In this document: positions 55,315 through 64,000 of the stretch, one piece after another
Position numbering within the stretch: the stretch's first letter is position 1
How the letters are laid out: every line of letters begins with the position of its first letter
Assembly (NCBI GenBank): GCA_963666735.1
Contig: OY762926.1
Coordinates: 2,144,001-2,208,000, forward strand
Direction: 5' to 3'
DNA: 64,000 nt
Origin: Gemmatimonadota bacterium
GTDB lineage: Bacteria; Gemmatimonadota; Gemmatimonadetes; Palauibacterales; Palauibacteraceae
Notes under the pieces: generated by a model
What the model was told of the DNA's origin: nothing
The model's input: the letters and a program-made list of their open reading frames with translations, nothing else
Database searches by the model: none
Made by a program: the position numbers and the translations under genes

Positions 55315-56679
55315 TCAGATCGCCCGCCGGATCTCCCGCATCGCCTTCCCGAAGTCGGACCGGATCTCGGCTTCGTCAGCTACCGAGCCGCGTTCGACGC
55401 GGCGCTCTCCGCCGATGTACACGGCCTGTATGTCGCGATCATCGCCTCCGATCAGCCACGCGTCCAGGAGCGTCTCCAATCCGTGCCCCGCCGTGTGCGG
55501 GCCGTCTTCGCACAACACCACGAGGTCCGCCCGGTAGCCCGGCTCGATCCGGCCGATGCGCGCGCTTCCGGCGCGCGATCCGCGTGATCCGGAGACCGCC
55601 TCGCCGCCACCCCGCGCCAGCCACGACCAGATGGGCGCACCGGTGCCCGAGTCGGTCGCCAGGCGCGCACGCTTCCGATCCCGGAGCCGCTGTCCGTATT
55701 CCAGTTGGCGGGCTTCCTCGACCGCGCAGATGCGGACGTTCGCATCCGTCCCCACGGCGGCGGCGCCCTCGGCGCGGAAGTGTTCGCGAGCCGGGAAGAT
55801 CCCGTCGCCCAGATACGCCTCGGTGAGGGGACAGAGGACGACCCGTGCCCCGCATTCCCGAAGTCGGCTGCGCTCGCCGGCCGTCGCGTGCGTCGCGTGC
55901 ACGAGACTCCAGCGCGGACCCAGGGCGACCGTGTCCGCGAGGAGGTTGATCGGCGTGCGGCCGAGGGCCGCCCGGCACTCCTCGACCTCCCGTTCCTGTT
56001 CGCTGATGTGGATGTGAAGGGGAGATTCGCTGCCGAGGACGGCGTCGACGCCCGTTACGAGGTCGGAGAGTTCCGCCGGAGGCACGGCGCGCAGGGAATG
56101 CGGCGCCGCCCCCGCCGCCGCGGCGCCCAGCGCCTGGACCGTGTTCAGAAAGTCGTCGACCGCCGCGTGGGCGAACCGCCGCTGCTCCGCCGTCGCGCCG
56201 GAGCCGTCGAACCCCGAAGTCCGGTAGTAGACCGGAAGGAGACTGATCGGGAGCCCGACCGCCGCGGCCGCCGCGAGGACCGCGTGCGTGGCCTCCGGTC
56301 CCCGACCGCCGTCCGGCTGGTGGTGCAGGTAGTGGAACTCCGCGACGTGCGTGAAGCCCGCGCGGAGCATGCGGGCGTAGCCGTGCCGGGCCACGGCGAA
56401 CAGTTCCTCCGCCGTAATGGAGCCGGCGAGCCGGTACATGGCTTCCCGCCAGCTCCAGAAGGAATCGTCGCCCCGCGCCGCCTCTCCGAACCCCGCCAGC
56501 GCGTGCTGGAAGACGTGCGAGTGCGCGTTGGGCATGCCGGCGATCGCGAGAAACCCGTCGTACGGCGCGCGCGCCGCCCGCACCGCCTGTATCGTGCCAT
56601 CGGCGGCGATGTCGATCGAGCGGTCGTATTCAAGGCCTTTCGGGCCCAGGATCCCGCGAAAGGTCAGGGTCTTGCTCAC
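55315..56679 (-). CDS. hutF: formimidoylglutamate deiminase
   Basis: NAHSHVFQ, SFWSWRE.MY, AEFHYLHH, APHSLRAV, HIHISEQ, CPLTEAYLGDG. Confidence 0.93.
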   Translation of the reverse strand: MSKTLTFRGILGPKGLEYDRSIDIAADGTIQAVRAARAPYDGFLAIAGMPNAHSHVFQHALAGFGEAARGDDSFWSWREAMYRLAGSITAEELFAVARHGYARMLRAGFTHVAEFHYLHHQPDGGRGPEATHAVLAAAAAVGLPISLLPVYYRTSGFDGSGATAEQRRFAHAAVDDFLNTVQALGAAAAGAAPHSLRAVPPAELSDLVTGVDAVLGSESPLHIHISEQEREVEECRAALGRTPINLLADTVALGPRWSLVHATHATAGERSRLRECGARVVLCPLTEAYLGDGIFPAREHFRAEGAAAVGTDANVRICAVEEARQLEYGQRLRDRKRARLATDSGTGAPIWSWLARGGGEAVSGSRGSRAGSARIGRIEPGYRADLVVLCEDGPHTAGHGLETLLDAWLIGGDDRDIQAVYIGGERRVERGSVADEAEIRSDFGKAMREIRRAI

Positions 56680-56767
56680 GGCTCCGACAATACAACATCC
56701 GCCCCCCGCGCGTTATCTCACAGGGACACGGGTCGTCCGTCACGGGCACCTTCGGAGGAGAATCGCC

Positions 56768-59700
56768 TTGAGTCGCCTTGTCGGCGTTGCATTGATCAGC
56801 CTTCTCGCGGGCCTCGCGGCCCGGCCGTCCATCGTCTCCGCGCAGGGGGTCACGACCGCCGGCGTGGCGGGGCGCGTGATCGACGCCGACGGAGCCCCCG
56901 TGGCCGGAGCCCGCGTCGAGTTCCGCCACACCCAGACCGGCGCCACCCACACCGTCCTGAGCGACGACCTGGGCCGCTTCAGCCTTGCCAACCTGCGGCC
57001 CGGCGGGCCGTACACGCTGGAGGTCGCGCGCATCGGGCTCAGCCCGGCGACGCGTGAGGGTCTGACGCTCATCGCCGGACAGCGGCTGCGGCTCGAGGTG
57101 CAACTCTCCGAGACGGCGGTTCCCCTGCCCGAGCTTTCCGTACGCGTCGAAACGGACCCCGAGTTCGACCCCACCCGCATGGGCTCGACGACGGTCGTCG
57201 ACCGCGAGACGCTGGAGACGCTTCCCACGATCTCGAGGGACTTCACGGGATTCGCCCGACTCTCTCCGCTCGTGGCGGTGGACGAGATGGGCACGTCCGT
57301 GGCCGGATCGAACATCCGCTTCAACAACATCCAGGTGGACGGCGCCCTCAACCAGGACGTCTTCGGCCTCTCGCCCACCGGGGTGGCCGGCGGACAGGCG
57401 CGGGGGCGCGTCATCCCGCTGGCGGCGATCGAGGAACTGCAGGTCCTCACCGCTCCGTACGACGTACGCCAATCCGGGTTCACGGGTGGCGTCCTCAACG
57501 CGGTCACGCGCACGGGCGGCAATGAGTTCCGGGGCTCCGCGTTCGGCTTCTTTCGCAACGACGCGGTCGTCGGCGACGCGGTCATCGGCGGGGTCCCGCG
57601 CGCGCCGGGAGATCTGGAGAACGCCTTCGCGGGCTTCGATCTGGGAGGGCCGATCGTGCGCGACCGCCTCCACTTCTTCGTCGCGGGCGAACTCGAGCGC
57701 CGGACGCGGCCGCCCGATGGCTTCACGGTCGGCGTCGACGACATCGTGCGCACGAAGCTCGATCCCGACTCGGTCGGCCGCGTGGCGAGGATCCTCCGGG
57801 GTTACGGGGCGGACGCGGGCGAGGCCGGTCTCTACACGCTGGAGAACAACCTCGCGAACCTGTTCGCCCGCGTCGACGCCCGTCCCAACGCGGACCACTC
57901 CCTCATGTTCCGCTACAACCTCGCCTACGCGGCGGACGATCCGGCCACGAACCGCCTCCCCGGCGACGCGTACGAGATGTCGTCCACCGGACGGGAGATC
58001 GATTCGCGCAACCAGTCGTTCGGGGCGCAGTGGCTCGCGACGCTCGGTCCGCAGCTCTCGAACGACCTCATGGTGAACGTGCAGTTTCTGCGCGACCGCG
58101 AAACCGCGAACTCTCTCTATCCCCGCGTCGAGGTCGACCTCCAGGCGGGGGTAACGGGCGCGGGGTTCCGGCGCGAACTGCGGGCCGGGTCCAACTACTC
58201 CGGGCCGGACGGCGAACTCGACCAGAACATCCTGCAGCTCACGAACGCGCTCACGCTTTCGCTCGGAGACCATTATCTCACGTTCGGGGCCGGGTTCGAA
58301 CGCTTCTCCATCCGGCGCGAGTACCTGCCGGGCAGCCTCGGCAGCTACTACTTCCGCTCGGCGGACGACCTGGAGGCGAACACGCCCTCGGAATACGTCG
58401 TCCATGTGCCGCTCTCGGAGGACGCCGGCACCTCGGACTTCAACGTCCACCAACTGTCGGCCTTCGTGCAGGAGGAGGCCCGGATCGGGGAGCGGTTGAA
58501 CGTCCGGGTGGGCGTGCGGATGGACGTGCCGCTGATGCCCGACGCTCCGGCGCACAACCCGCACGTGGAGAGTGCGTTCGGCTTCAGCACGAGCGACCTG
58601 CCGGGCGGGACCCTCCTCTTCTCCCCGCGGGCGGGCTTCAACCTCGGTCTCGGCGGGGACCGCACGACCCAGATCCGCGGCGGGGCGGGGCTGTTCACCG
58701 GCCGCCCCCCCTTCGCGTGGATCGCGAACGCCTATCAGAACACCGGACTCTCGTCCGTCTTCATGACCTGCCGACGGCGGAACCTCGGAGTCCCCGACCC
58801 CGAGATCGTCCCCGAGTTCAATCCCCTCGCGCCTCCCCCGACCCTCTGCGTGGACGGCACCGGCGGCGAATCCGCCGCCCCCATCGTCACCTTGTTCGAC
58901 CCCGGCTTCCGCTTCCCGCGCGACTTCAAGGCTTCGCTCGCGGTCGACCAGCGCCTGCCGGGAGGGTTCGTCCTCTCGGTCGAAGGCATCTACACGCGGG
59001 CCGTGAACCAGATCGCGTTCCGGGACCTCAACATCGGACCCGCCTTTCCGGCGGGCGACCGGACGGAGGCGAACGGGTTCACCTACGGCTTCGGCTACGG
59101 GACGCGCGAGACCTTCGCCAACCCCGGCGCGGGGAGCGAGTTCGTCGATCCGCCGCCGGGCGAGCCGCCGGGCGCCCGGGAACCGATCTTCCTCCCCCGC
59201 CGCGTCGACCCGCGCTTCGGACAGGTCATCAAGATCGGCGACCGGCCCCTGAACTTCTCGTACGCGCTGAGCGCGCGGCTGCGGAAGCAGTTCGGAGACC
59301 GGCTGTCCGCCGACGTGGGCTATGCCTTCAACCGTTCCGCCGACGTGCGCAGCCTCTCCTCGCTCGATGCGATCGCGAACTTCGGGTTCACGGCGGTCGA
59401 GGGCGATCCGAACGATCCCAAGCGGCAGGCTTCGCTGTTCGACCGGCCGCACCGCCTCGTGGCGAGCGCGACGGCCGCCCTTCCGGAGCTGATCGGTGGC
59501 GGCCGGCTGTCCGTGCTCTATGTGGGACAATCCGGTCGACCCTACTCCTACGTGTACGCGGACGACATCAACGGGGACACCTATCCCGGATTCGGCCGGG
59601 CGCTCGACCTCGCGAACGACCTCATCTTCGTGACCGACGGGGCGTTCGACTTCCCCGGAGGAGGACGGACCCCGGTCAGCGGCATCCTCTTCGAACAACT

Positions 59701-60118
59701 CGTCGCGCAGGAACCGTGCCTCCAGGAGAACCGGCTGCGCATCCTGCACCGCAACGCGTGCCGGACACCGTGGTCGCACCAACTGGATTTCCGCTTCAGC
59801 CAGCCCGTTCGAGTGGGGGGCGCGGAAGTCTCGGTGACGCTGGACGTGCTCAACGTCCTCAACCTCGTGAACCGCGACTGGGGACACGTCCAGACCGTGA
59901 ACCCCGTCGTGCGCCTGCTGACCGTCGAGGACCGGATCGAAGACGACTTCGATCTTCAGAACATGGTGCCCGAGCCGGACGATCCGCTCCGCGCCCGCTA
60001 CGCCGGGCCGCTCCAGACGAGCGACACGGGCGGCGTGCGGGCCTCGGTGCCCTACCTGCCGCAGATCGGCGCGTCGCAGTGGCAGGCCCAATTCGGCATC
60101 GGCATCCGCTTCCGCTAG
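56768..60118 (+). CDS. TonB-dependent receptor (Oar-like, carboxypeptidase-regulatory N-domain)
   Basis: Signal peptide, PGGPY, NNIQVDGA, YDVRQSGFTGG, terminal IRF; GGAGGAG before TTG. Confidence 0.9.
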   Translation: MSRLVGVALISLLAGLAARPSIVSAQGVTTAGVAGRVIDADGAPVAGARVEFRHTQTGATHTVLSDDLGRFSLANLRPGGPYTLEVARIGLSPATREGLTLIAGQRLRLEVQLSETAVPLPELSVRVETDPEFDPTRMGSTTVVDRETLETLPTISRDFTGFARLSPLVAVDEMGTSVAGSNIRFNNIQVDGALNQDVFGLSPTGVAGGQARGRVIPLAAIEELQVLTAPYDVRQSGFTGGVLNAVTRTGGNEFRGSAFGFFRNDAVVGDAVIGGVPRAPGDLENAFAGFDLGGPIVRDRLHFFVAGELERRTRPPDGFTVGVDDIVRTKLDPDSVGRVARILRGYGADAGEAGLYTLENNLANLFARVDARPNADHSLMFRYNLAYAADDPATNRLPGDAYEMSSTGREIDSRNQSFGAQWLATLGPQLSNDLMVNVQFLRDRETANSLYPRVEVDLQAGVTGAGFRRELRAGSNYSGPDGELDQNILQLTNALTLSLGDHYLTFGAGFERFSIRREYLPGSLGSYYFRSADDLEANTPSEYVVHVPLSEDAGTSDFNVHQLSAFVQEEARIGERLNVRVGVRMDVPLMPDAPAHNPHVESAFGFSTSDLPGGTLLFSPRAGFNLGLGGDRTTQIRGGAGLFTGRPPFAWIANAYQNTGLSSVFMTCRRRNLGVPDPEIVPEFNPLAPPPTLCVDGTGGESAAPIVTLFDPGFRFPRDFKASLAVDQRLPGGFVLSVEGIYTRAVNQIAFRDLNIGPAFPAGDRTEANGFTYGFGYGTRETFANPGAGSEFVDPPPGEPPGAREPIFLPRRVDPRFGQVIKIGDRPLNFSYALSARLRKQFGDRLSADVGYAFNRSADVRSLSSLDAIANFGFTAVEGDPNDPKRQASLFDRPHRLVASATAALPELIGGGRLSVLYVGQSGRPYSYVYADDINGDTYPGFGRALDLANDLIFVTDGAFDFPGGGRTPVSGILFEQLVAQEPCLQENRLRILHRNACRTPWSHQLDFRFSQPVRVGGAEVSVTLDVLNVLNLVNRDWGHVQTVNPVVRLLTVEDRIEDDFDLQNMVPEPDDPLRARYAGPLQTSDTGGVRASVPYLPQIGASQWQAQFGIGIRFR

Positions 60119-60177
60119 AGCCCGCGGCCGCGATACGTTCCGCCGCTCGACCCTCTGAACCCCCTGGAGTCAGTACC

Positions 60178-62640
60178 ATGCGAAGACGTGACCTCGCTCT
60201 TCTCGTTTCCCTCGTTCCCTTCCCACTCGTTGCGGCGGCGGTACCGGCGGCGGCGCAGACGCATGCCGGCAGCATGAACGATGCCATGGCGGGCCCGATC
60301 ATCGGCTTCGGGGCGGCGGCGGCCGTCTCCGGCGACGAGATCTTCGTCTCGCGGCCGGGGGAGTTCGCGGCGTTCCCGATGCCCGGTTCGGAAGCCGGCA
60401 GCGTCCATGTATTCCGGCGCGGCGCGGACGGATGGGCGGAGGTCGCCGCCATATCGGCGCCGAGCGGCGTGTACGGAGACGGTTTCGGGGAGGCGCTGGC
60501 CGTCGAGGGCGAGGTTCTCGTAGTGGGCGCGCCGAAGGAGAACGAGGGTCGCGGGGCCGCATACGTCTTCGTCCGCGAAGGCGACAGGTGGAGCGTCCTG
60601 GAGAGGCTCGAGGCGCCGGACGCGATGCCGGGTGATGCCTTCGGTTCCTCGGTGGCGGTGGGGGCCGGCGCGCAGTTCGGCGTCATCGGCGCGCCGGGAC
60701 GCGGGGCCAGCGGCTCCGTGTTCGCCTACGTTCAGTCCGACGTGGGCCTGACGTCCGTCGAACTCACCGGCTCCGACGCCCCGGCGGACGCCCGTTTCGG
60801 GGCCGCCGTCAGCGTGGAGGGCGACCTGGCCCTCGTGGGTGCCCCTGGGCCCTTCGCGCTCAGCCAGTTCTCCGCGCCGTCCCCGCCGCAGGCAGGGACA
60901 GGCTACGTGTTCCGCCGAACCGGGACCGCGTGGGACGAGGTCGCGCGTCTGACGCCGGCCGGCGGCGTCGTGGCCGGCCTGTCCGCCGTGCTCCTGGACG
61001 GGGAGGCATACCTCGGGTCGCCCCTCGCCAGCCAGGCGCAGGGGGCCGTTTTCCGCTTTGCGGCGGACGCGGACGGGACGTGGTCCCAGACCGGGACGGT
61101 CGGGGCCGCGTCGCCGTCTCCGGCGGCCTTCTTCGGCTATGCGGCCTCCGGGGCGGGAGGGCGACTCGTGGTCGGAGCGCCGGGCACGAACGCCTTCGCG
61201 GGCGCGGCGCACGTCCTCCGCGCGGGGGACGACGGCGAGTGGAGCGAAGAGACCGTACTGCAGGGGGAAACACGGGGGCTCATGGGATTCATGGGCAACT
61301 CGGTGGCCGGAGGCGACGGCCTCGCGGTGGTCGGGGCCCCCGGCTCCGAGTTCTTCGAGGGCATCGGCTTCGTGTTCGAGCGGGACGCCGGCGGCGCGTG
61401 GAGCGAAGCCGCCCCCATCCACGAGAGCGAGTCCGGCCTGGCCGCGGTCACGGGCGAAGAGCTGCGATGCTCCGACGACGGTACGGTCGCCGGCTTCGAC
61501 TGCTCCGAGGTGGACCTCGTCTCCTTCCTCCCGGCCCGTGAAGTGGGGGGCGCGCGCGGGATCATGGTGAGCGACATCTGGGGCTGGGTGGACCCGCAGA
61601 CGGGCCGCGAGTACGCGGTCCTGGGACGGTTCGACGGAACCTCCTTCATCGACGTGACGGACGCCGGGAATCCGGTCTATCTCGGGAACCTTCCCCTCAC
61701 CGAGGGGGCGACCCCCAACCTGTGGCGCGACATGAAGGTCTACGCCGACCACACCTTCATCGTGGCGGACAACGCGGGTGAACACGGGATGCAGGTCTTC
61801 GACCTCACGCGGCTGCGGGATGTGACCAGTCCCCCGGTGGATTTCGACGAGGACGCGCACTACGCCGAGTTCGCCTCCGCGCACAACATCGTCATCAATG
61901 AGGCGTCGGGCTTCGCCTACGTGGTGGGCGGCAGCGGCGGGGGCGAGACCTGCGGCGGCGCGCTGCACATGGTGGACATCCGCGATCCCCGGCACCCGAC
62001 CTTCGCCGGCTGTTTCGCGGACCCGGAGACGGGGAACGCCGGATCGGGCGGCTACACCCACGATGCGCAGTGCGTGATGTACGAGGGTCCGGACGAGGAC
62101 CACGCCGGCAGGGAAGTGTGCTTCAACGCGAGCGCGACGAAGCTCGGCATCGGCGATGTGACGGACAAGGAAAACCCGACGCCGATCTCGAACGCCGCCT
62201 ACCCGAACGTGGCCTATTCCCACCAGGGGTGGCTGTCGGAGGACCAGCGCTACTTCTACCTGAACGACGAACTCGACGAGCTGTCGGGGGGGACGACGGG
62301 GACGCGGACGCTCGTGTGGGACGTGGCGGATCTCGACGATCCGGTACTCGTGCGGGAGTTCGTGCAGGACAACGCGGCGTCGGACCACAACCTCTATATC
62401 CGCGGCGACCTCATGTACCAGTCGAACTACGTGAGCGGACTCCGGATCTTCGACATCTCCGACCCCGAGAACCCCGTGCCGGCCGGCTTCTTCGACACGG
62501 TCCGCGGGAGCCCGGACGCGCCCGGCTTTGCCGGATCGTGGAGCAACTACCCGTTCTTCCCCTCCGGGAACATCATCGTGTCGAGCATGCGCGAGGGGCT
62601 GTTCGTGCTCAGGAAGCGGGAGACCGCCCTCGTGCCCTAA
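60178..62640 (+). CDS. FG-GAP repeat / choice-of-anchor B family secreted protein
   Basis: Repeated FG..VA...VVGAP; SDIWGW, WRDMKV, HNIVIN, YTHDAQCV, HQGW, DELDE, WSNYPFFPSG. Confidence 0.88.
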   Translation: MRRRDLALLVSLVPFPLVAAAVPAAAQTHAGSMNDAMAGPIIGFGAAAAVSGDEIFVSRPGEFAAFPMPGSEAGSVHVFRRGADGWAEVAAISAPSGVYGDGFGEALAVEGEVLVVGAPKENEGRGAAYVFVREGDRWSVLERLEAPDAMPGDAFGSSVAVGAGAQFGVIGAPGRGASGSVFAYVQSDVGLTSVELTGSDAPADARFGAAVSVEGDLALVGAPGPFALSQFSAPSPPQAGTGYVFRRTGTAWDEVARLTPAGGVVAGLSAVLLDGEAYLGSPLASQAQGAVFRFAADADGTWSQTGTVGAASPSPAAFFGYAASGAGGRLVVGAPGTNAFAGAAHVLRAGDDGEWSEETVLQGETRGLMGFMGNSVAGGDGLAVVGAPGSEFFEGIGFVFERDAGGAWSEAAPIHESESGLAAVTGEELRCSDDGTVAGFDCSEVDLVSFLPAREVGGARGIMVSDIWGWVDPQTGREYAVLGRFDGTSFIDVTDAGNPVYLGNLPLTEGATPNLWRDMKVYADHTFIVADNAGEHGMQVFDLTRLRDVTSPPVDFDEDAHYAEFASAHNIVINEASGFAYVVGGSGGGETCGGALHMVDIRDPRHPTFAGCFADPETGNAGSGGYTHDAQCVMYEGPDEDHAGREVCFNASATKLGIGDVTDKENPTPISNAAYPNVAYSHQGWLSEDQRYFYLNDELDELSGGTTGTRTLVWDVADLDDPVLVREFVQDNAASDHNLYIRGDLMYQSNYVSGLRIFDISDPENPVPAGFFDTVRGSPDAPGFAGSWSNYPFFPSGNIIVSSMREGLFVLRKRETALVP

Positions 62641-62653
62641 CAGCCCGTGGCTG

Positions 62654-63937
62654 CTAGCCGGAAGGGGCCGCGGCGCGGGTCACGCGGCGGAAGGCGAGGG
62701 CGGCGAGGAGGCCGACGGCGCCGAAGCCGGCCACGGCGGCGAACACATGCTGGTGCCCGGGCAGTCCCGGTGAGCTGTCGAGGAGGACGCCCATCAGCGG
62801 CCCCATGAACACGTCGGGGGTGAAGCCGAGGACGGAGACGACGCCCGCCGCGCTCCCGGTGTAGGCGAGCGGCACGGCCCCCTCGGCGAGGAGGGCGAAG
62901 TAGACGCCGCGGAGCGCGTAGATGCCGACGCTGGCGGTGACGATCGTGGCGATGAGCATCCAGGCCGGGCCGGGCACGAGGACCCCGGAGGCGATGAGCA
63001 GGCAGCCGCCGATGAGGATCGCGAAGCCCCACAGGATGACGCGCGAGGCGTCGATCCGGTCTCCCAGGTAGCCCGCCGCGATGGCCGCCGCGGCACGGAT
63101 CCAGAAGGCGAGCGTGCCGATCCCCGAGGCCTGGACGTCGTCGAAGCCGAGCGCGTCCCGCGACAGGAGCGAGAAGTCGTCCGTCGCCTTGTACCCGGTG
63201 TAGGCGCAGACGACGATGACGGCCTGCAGCCACACGGCCGGCATGCGGCATGCGGCCCTCACTCCGCTGAATGACAGTTTCGGCGGGTTCTCCGGGTTCC
63301 GCGGGTTCTCCGGGTCGCCCGCTTCCCCCGCGGGTGTGCTGTCGGGCACGAGGATCCACACGAGGGCGGCGATGCCCAGCGTGATCCCGGTGAAGACCCA
63401 GATCACGCCGCGGAAGGCGGTCGCCATCTCCTCCGGCGTGGCCGTGGACACATCGCGGGGGAGCAGCGCCGCGAACACGGCCACAGAAGCCGTCGCCACG
63501 AGCGCCGCGAGGAGGCCGCGCCCTCCATCGAGCAGCCCGTAGGCGCGTCCCTGCCGCGACTGCCCGCCCCACTCGCGGGTGGCCCGGATCATGGCGGCCC
63601 AGAAAAGGAGGATGGTGGTCATCCCCCAGAAGGCCCACAGGAGGTTCATCGTCCGCGGCGTGGGGAAGCCCGCGAGCACGACCCCGCCGAGGCCGGTGGC
63701 GAGGAGCGCCAGGGCCATGAGCCGGCGGGCCGAGAACCGGTCCGCGAGCGGGCCGCCCGCGAAGTAGGCCGCCATGGCCACGACGCCGTACAGCGAGAAG
63801 GCCGTCCCCAGCTCGAGGTTCGTGATCCCGAACACGTCGAGCAGCGTCGGCCGGAAGACGCGCGCGAGGACGAAGGGGAGGAAGAAGACCGCCTCCCCCG
63901 CCGCGATGAGCGCGAGTAGGACGACCCCGCGCTTCAC
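62654..63937 (-). CDS. MFS transporter
   Basis: GGPLADRFSARRL, GYLGDRI; about 12 TM. Confidence 0.9.
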   Translation of the reverse strand: MKRGVVLLALIAAGEAVFFLPFVLARVFRPTLLDVFGITNLELGTAFSLYGVVAMAAYFAGGPLADRFSARRLMALALLATGLGGVVLAGFPTPRTMNLLWAFWGMTTILLFWAAMIRATREWGGQSRQGRAYGLLDGGRGLLAALVATASVAVFAALLPRDVSTATPEEMATAFRGVIWVFTGITLGIAALVWILVPDSTPAGEAGDPENPRNPENPPKLSFSGVRAACRMPAVWLQAVIVVCAYTGYKATDDFSLLSRDALGFDDVQASGIGTLAFWIRAAAAIAAGYLGDRIDASRVILWGFAILIGGCLLIASGVLVPGPAWMLIATIVTASVGIYALRGVYFALLAEGAVPLAYTGSAAGVVSVLGFTPDVFMGPLMGVLLDSSPGLPGHQHVFAAVAGFGAVGLLAALAFRRVTRAAAPSG

Positions 63938-64000
63938 CGGGCTCCCTTCCGGGTCAACGCTCCGGCTGGCGGCGCGGCCACGGGCGGGATTCGACCCGGC

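Noticed and set aside
63965..64000. Possible tRNA 3' end on the minus strand at the window edge
   Set aside because: The loop reads GTCGAAT and the putative T-stem does not pair.

Overview
GC-rich bacterial chromosomal window with no CRISPR array, rRNA or intact transposase/integrase that I can see. The gene content (NHL/6-bladed propellers, Ig-LRR-metallopeptidase, VPS10/BNR hydrolase, choice-of-anchor B, Oar-type TonB receptor, many secreted amidohydrolases) suggests a host-associated Gemmatimonadota-like organism; this is inference only. Housekeeping genes (mdh, proC, fabF-like, trmJ, rho, mtaB, class I fba, hutF, PRODH) and four tRNAs (Gly-TCC, Ser-TGA, Gly-CCC, Val-CAC) are interleaved with accessory conflict modules: ABC-ATPase+PIN, Fic, two tandem GmrSD-like genes, AAA_14/DUF4143, Phd-VapC and HipBA. 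Best leads: (1) a translationally coupled pair of GmrSD paralogues with differently degenerate HNH sites; (2) two 100-bp tandem copies of the tRNA-Ser 3' end, each with a 48-nt double-hairpin inserted in the T-loop; (3) a secreted 6-Cys peptide coupled to a beta-propeller lipoprotein, with a duplicated RBS, downstream of a radical SAM gene; (4) an NCS2 permease with a non-canonical signature fused to a degenerate RsbW-like domain; (5) catalytic-residue substitutions in HipA (Asp>Gly) and FabF (His>Asn). All family assignments come from motif recognition by eye, not database searches. Many starts were re-called from the ORF track using RBS and overlap evidence.
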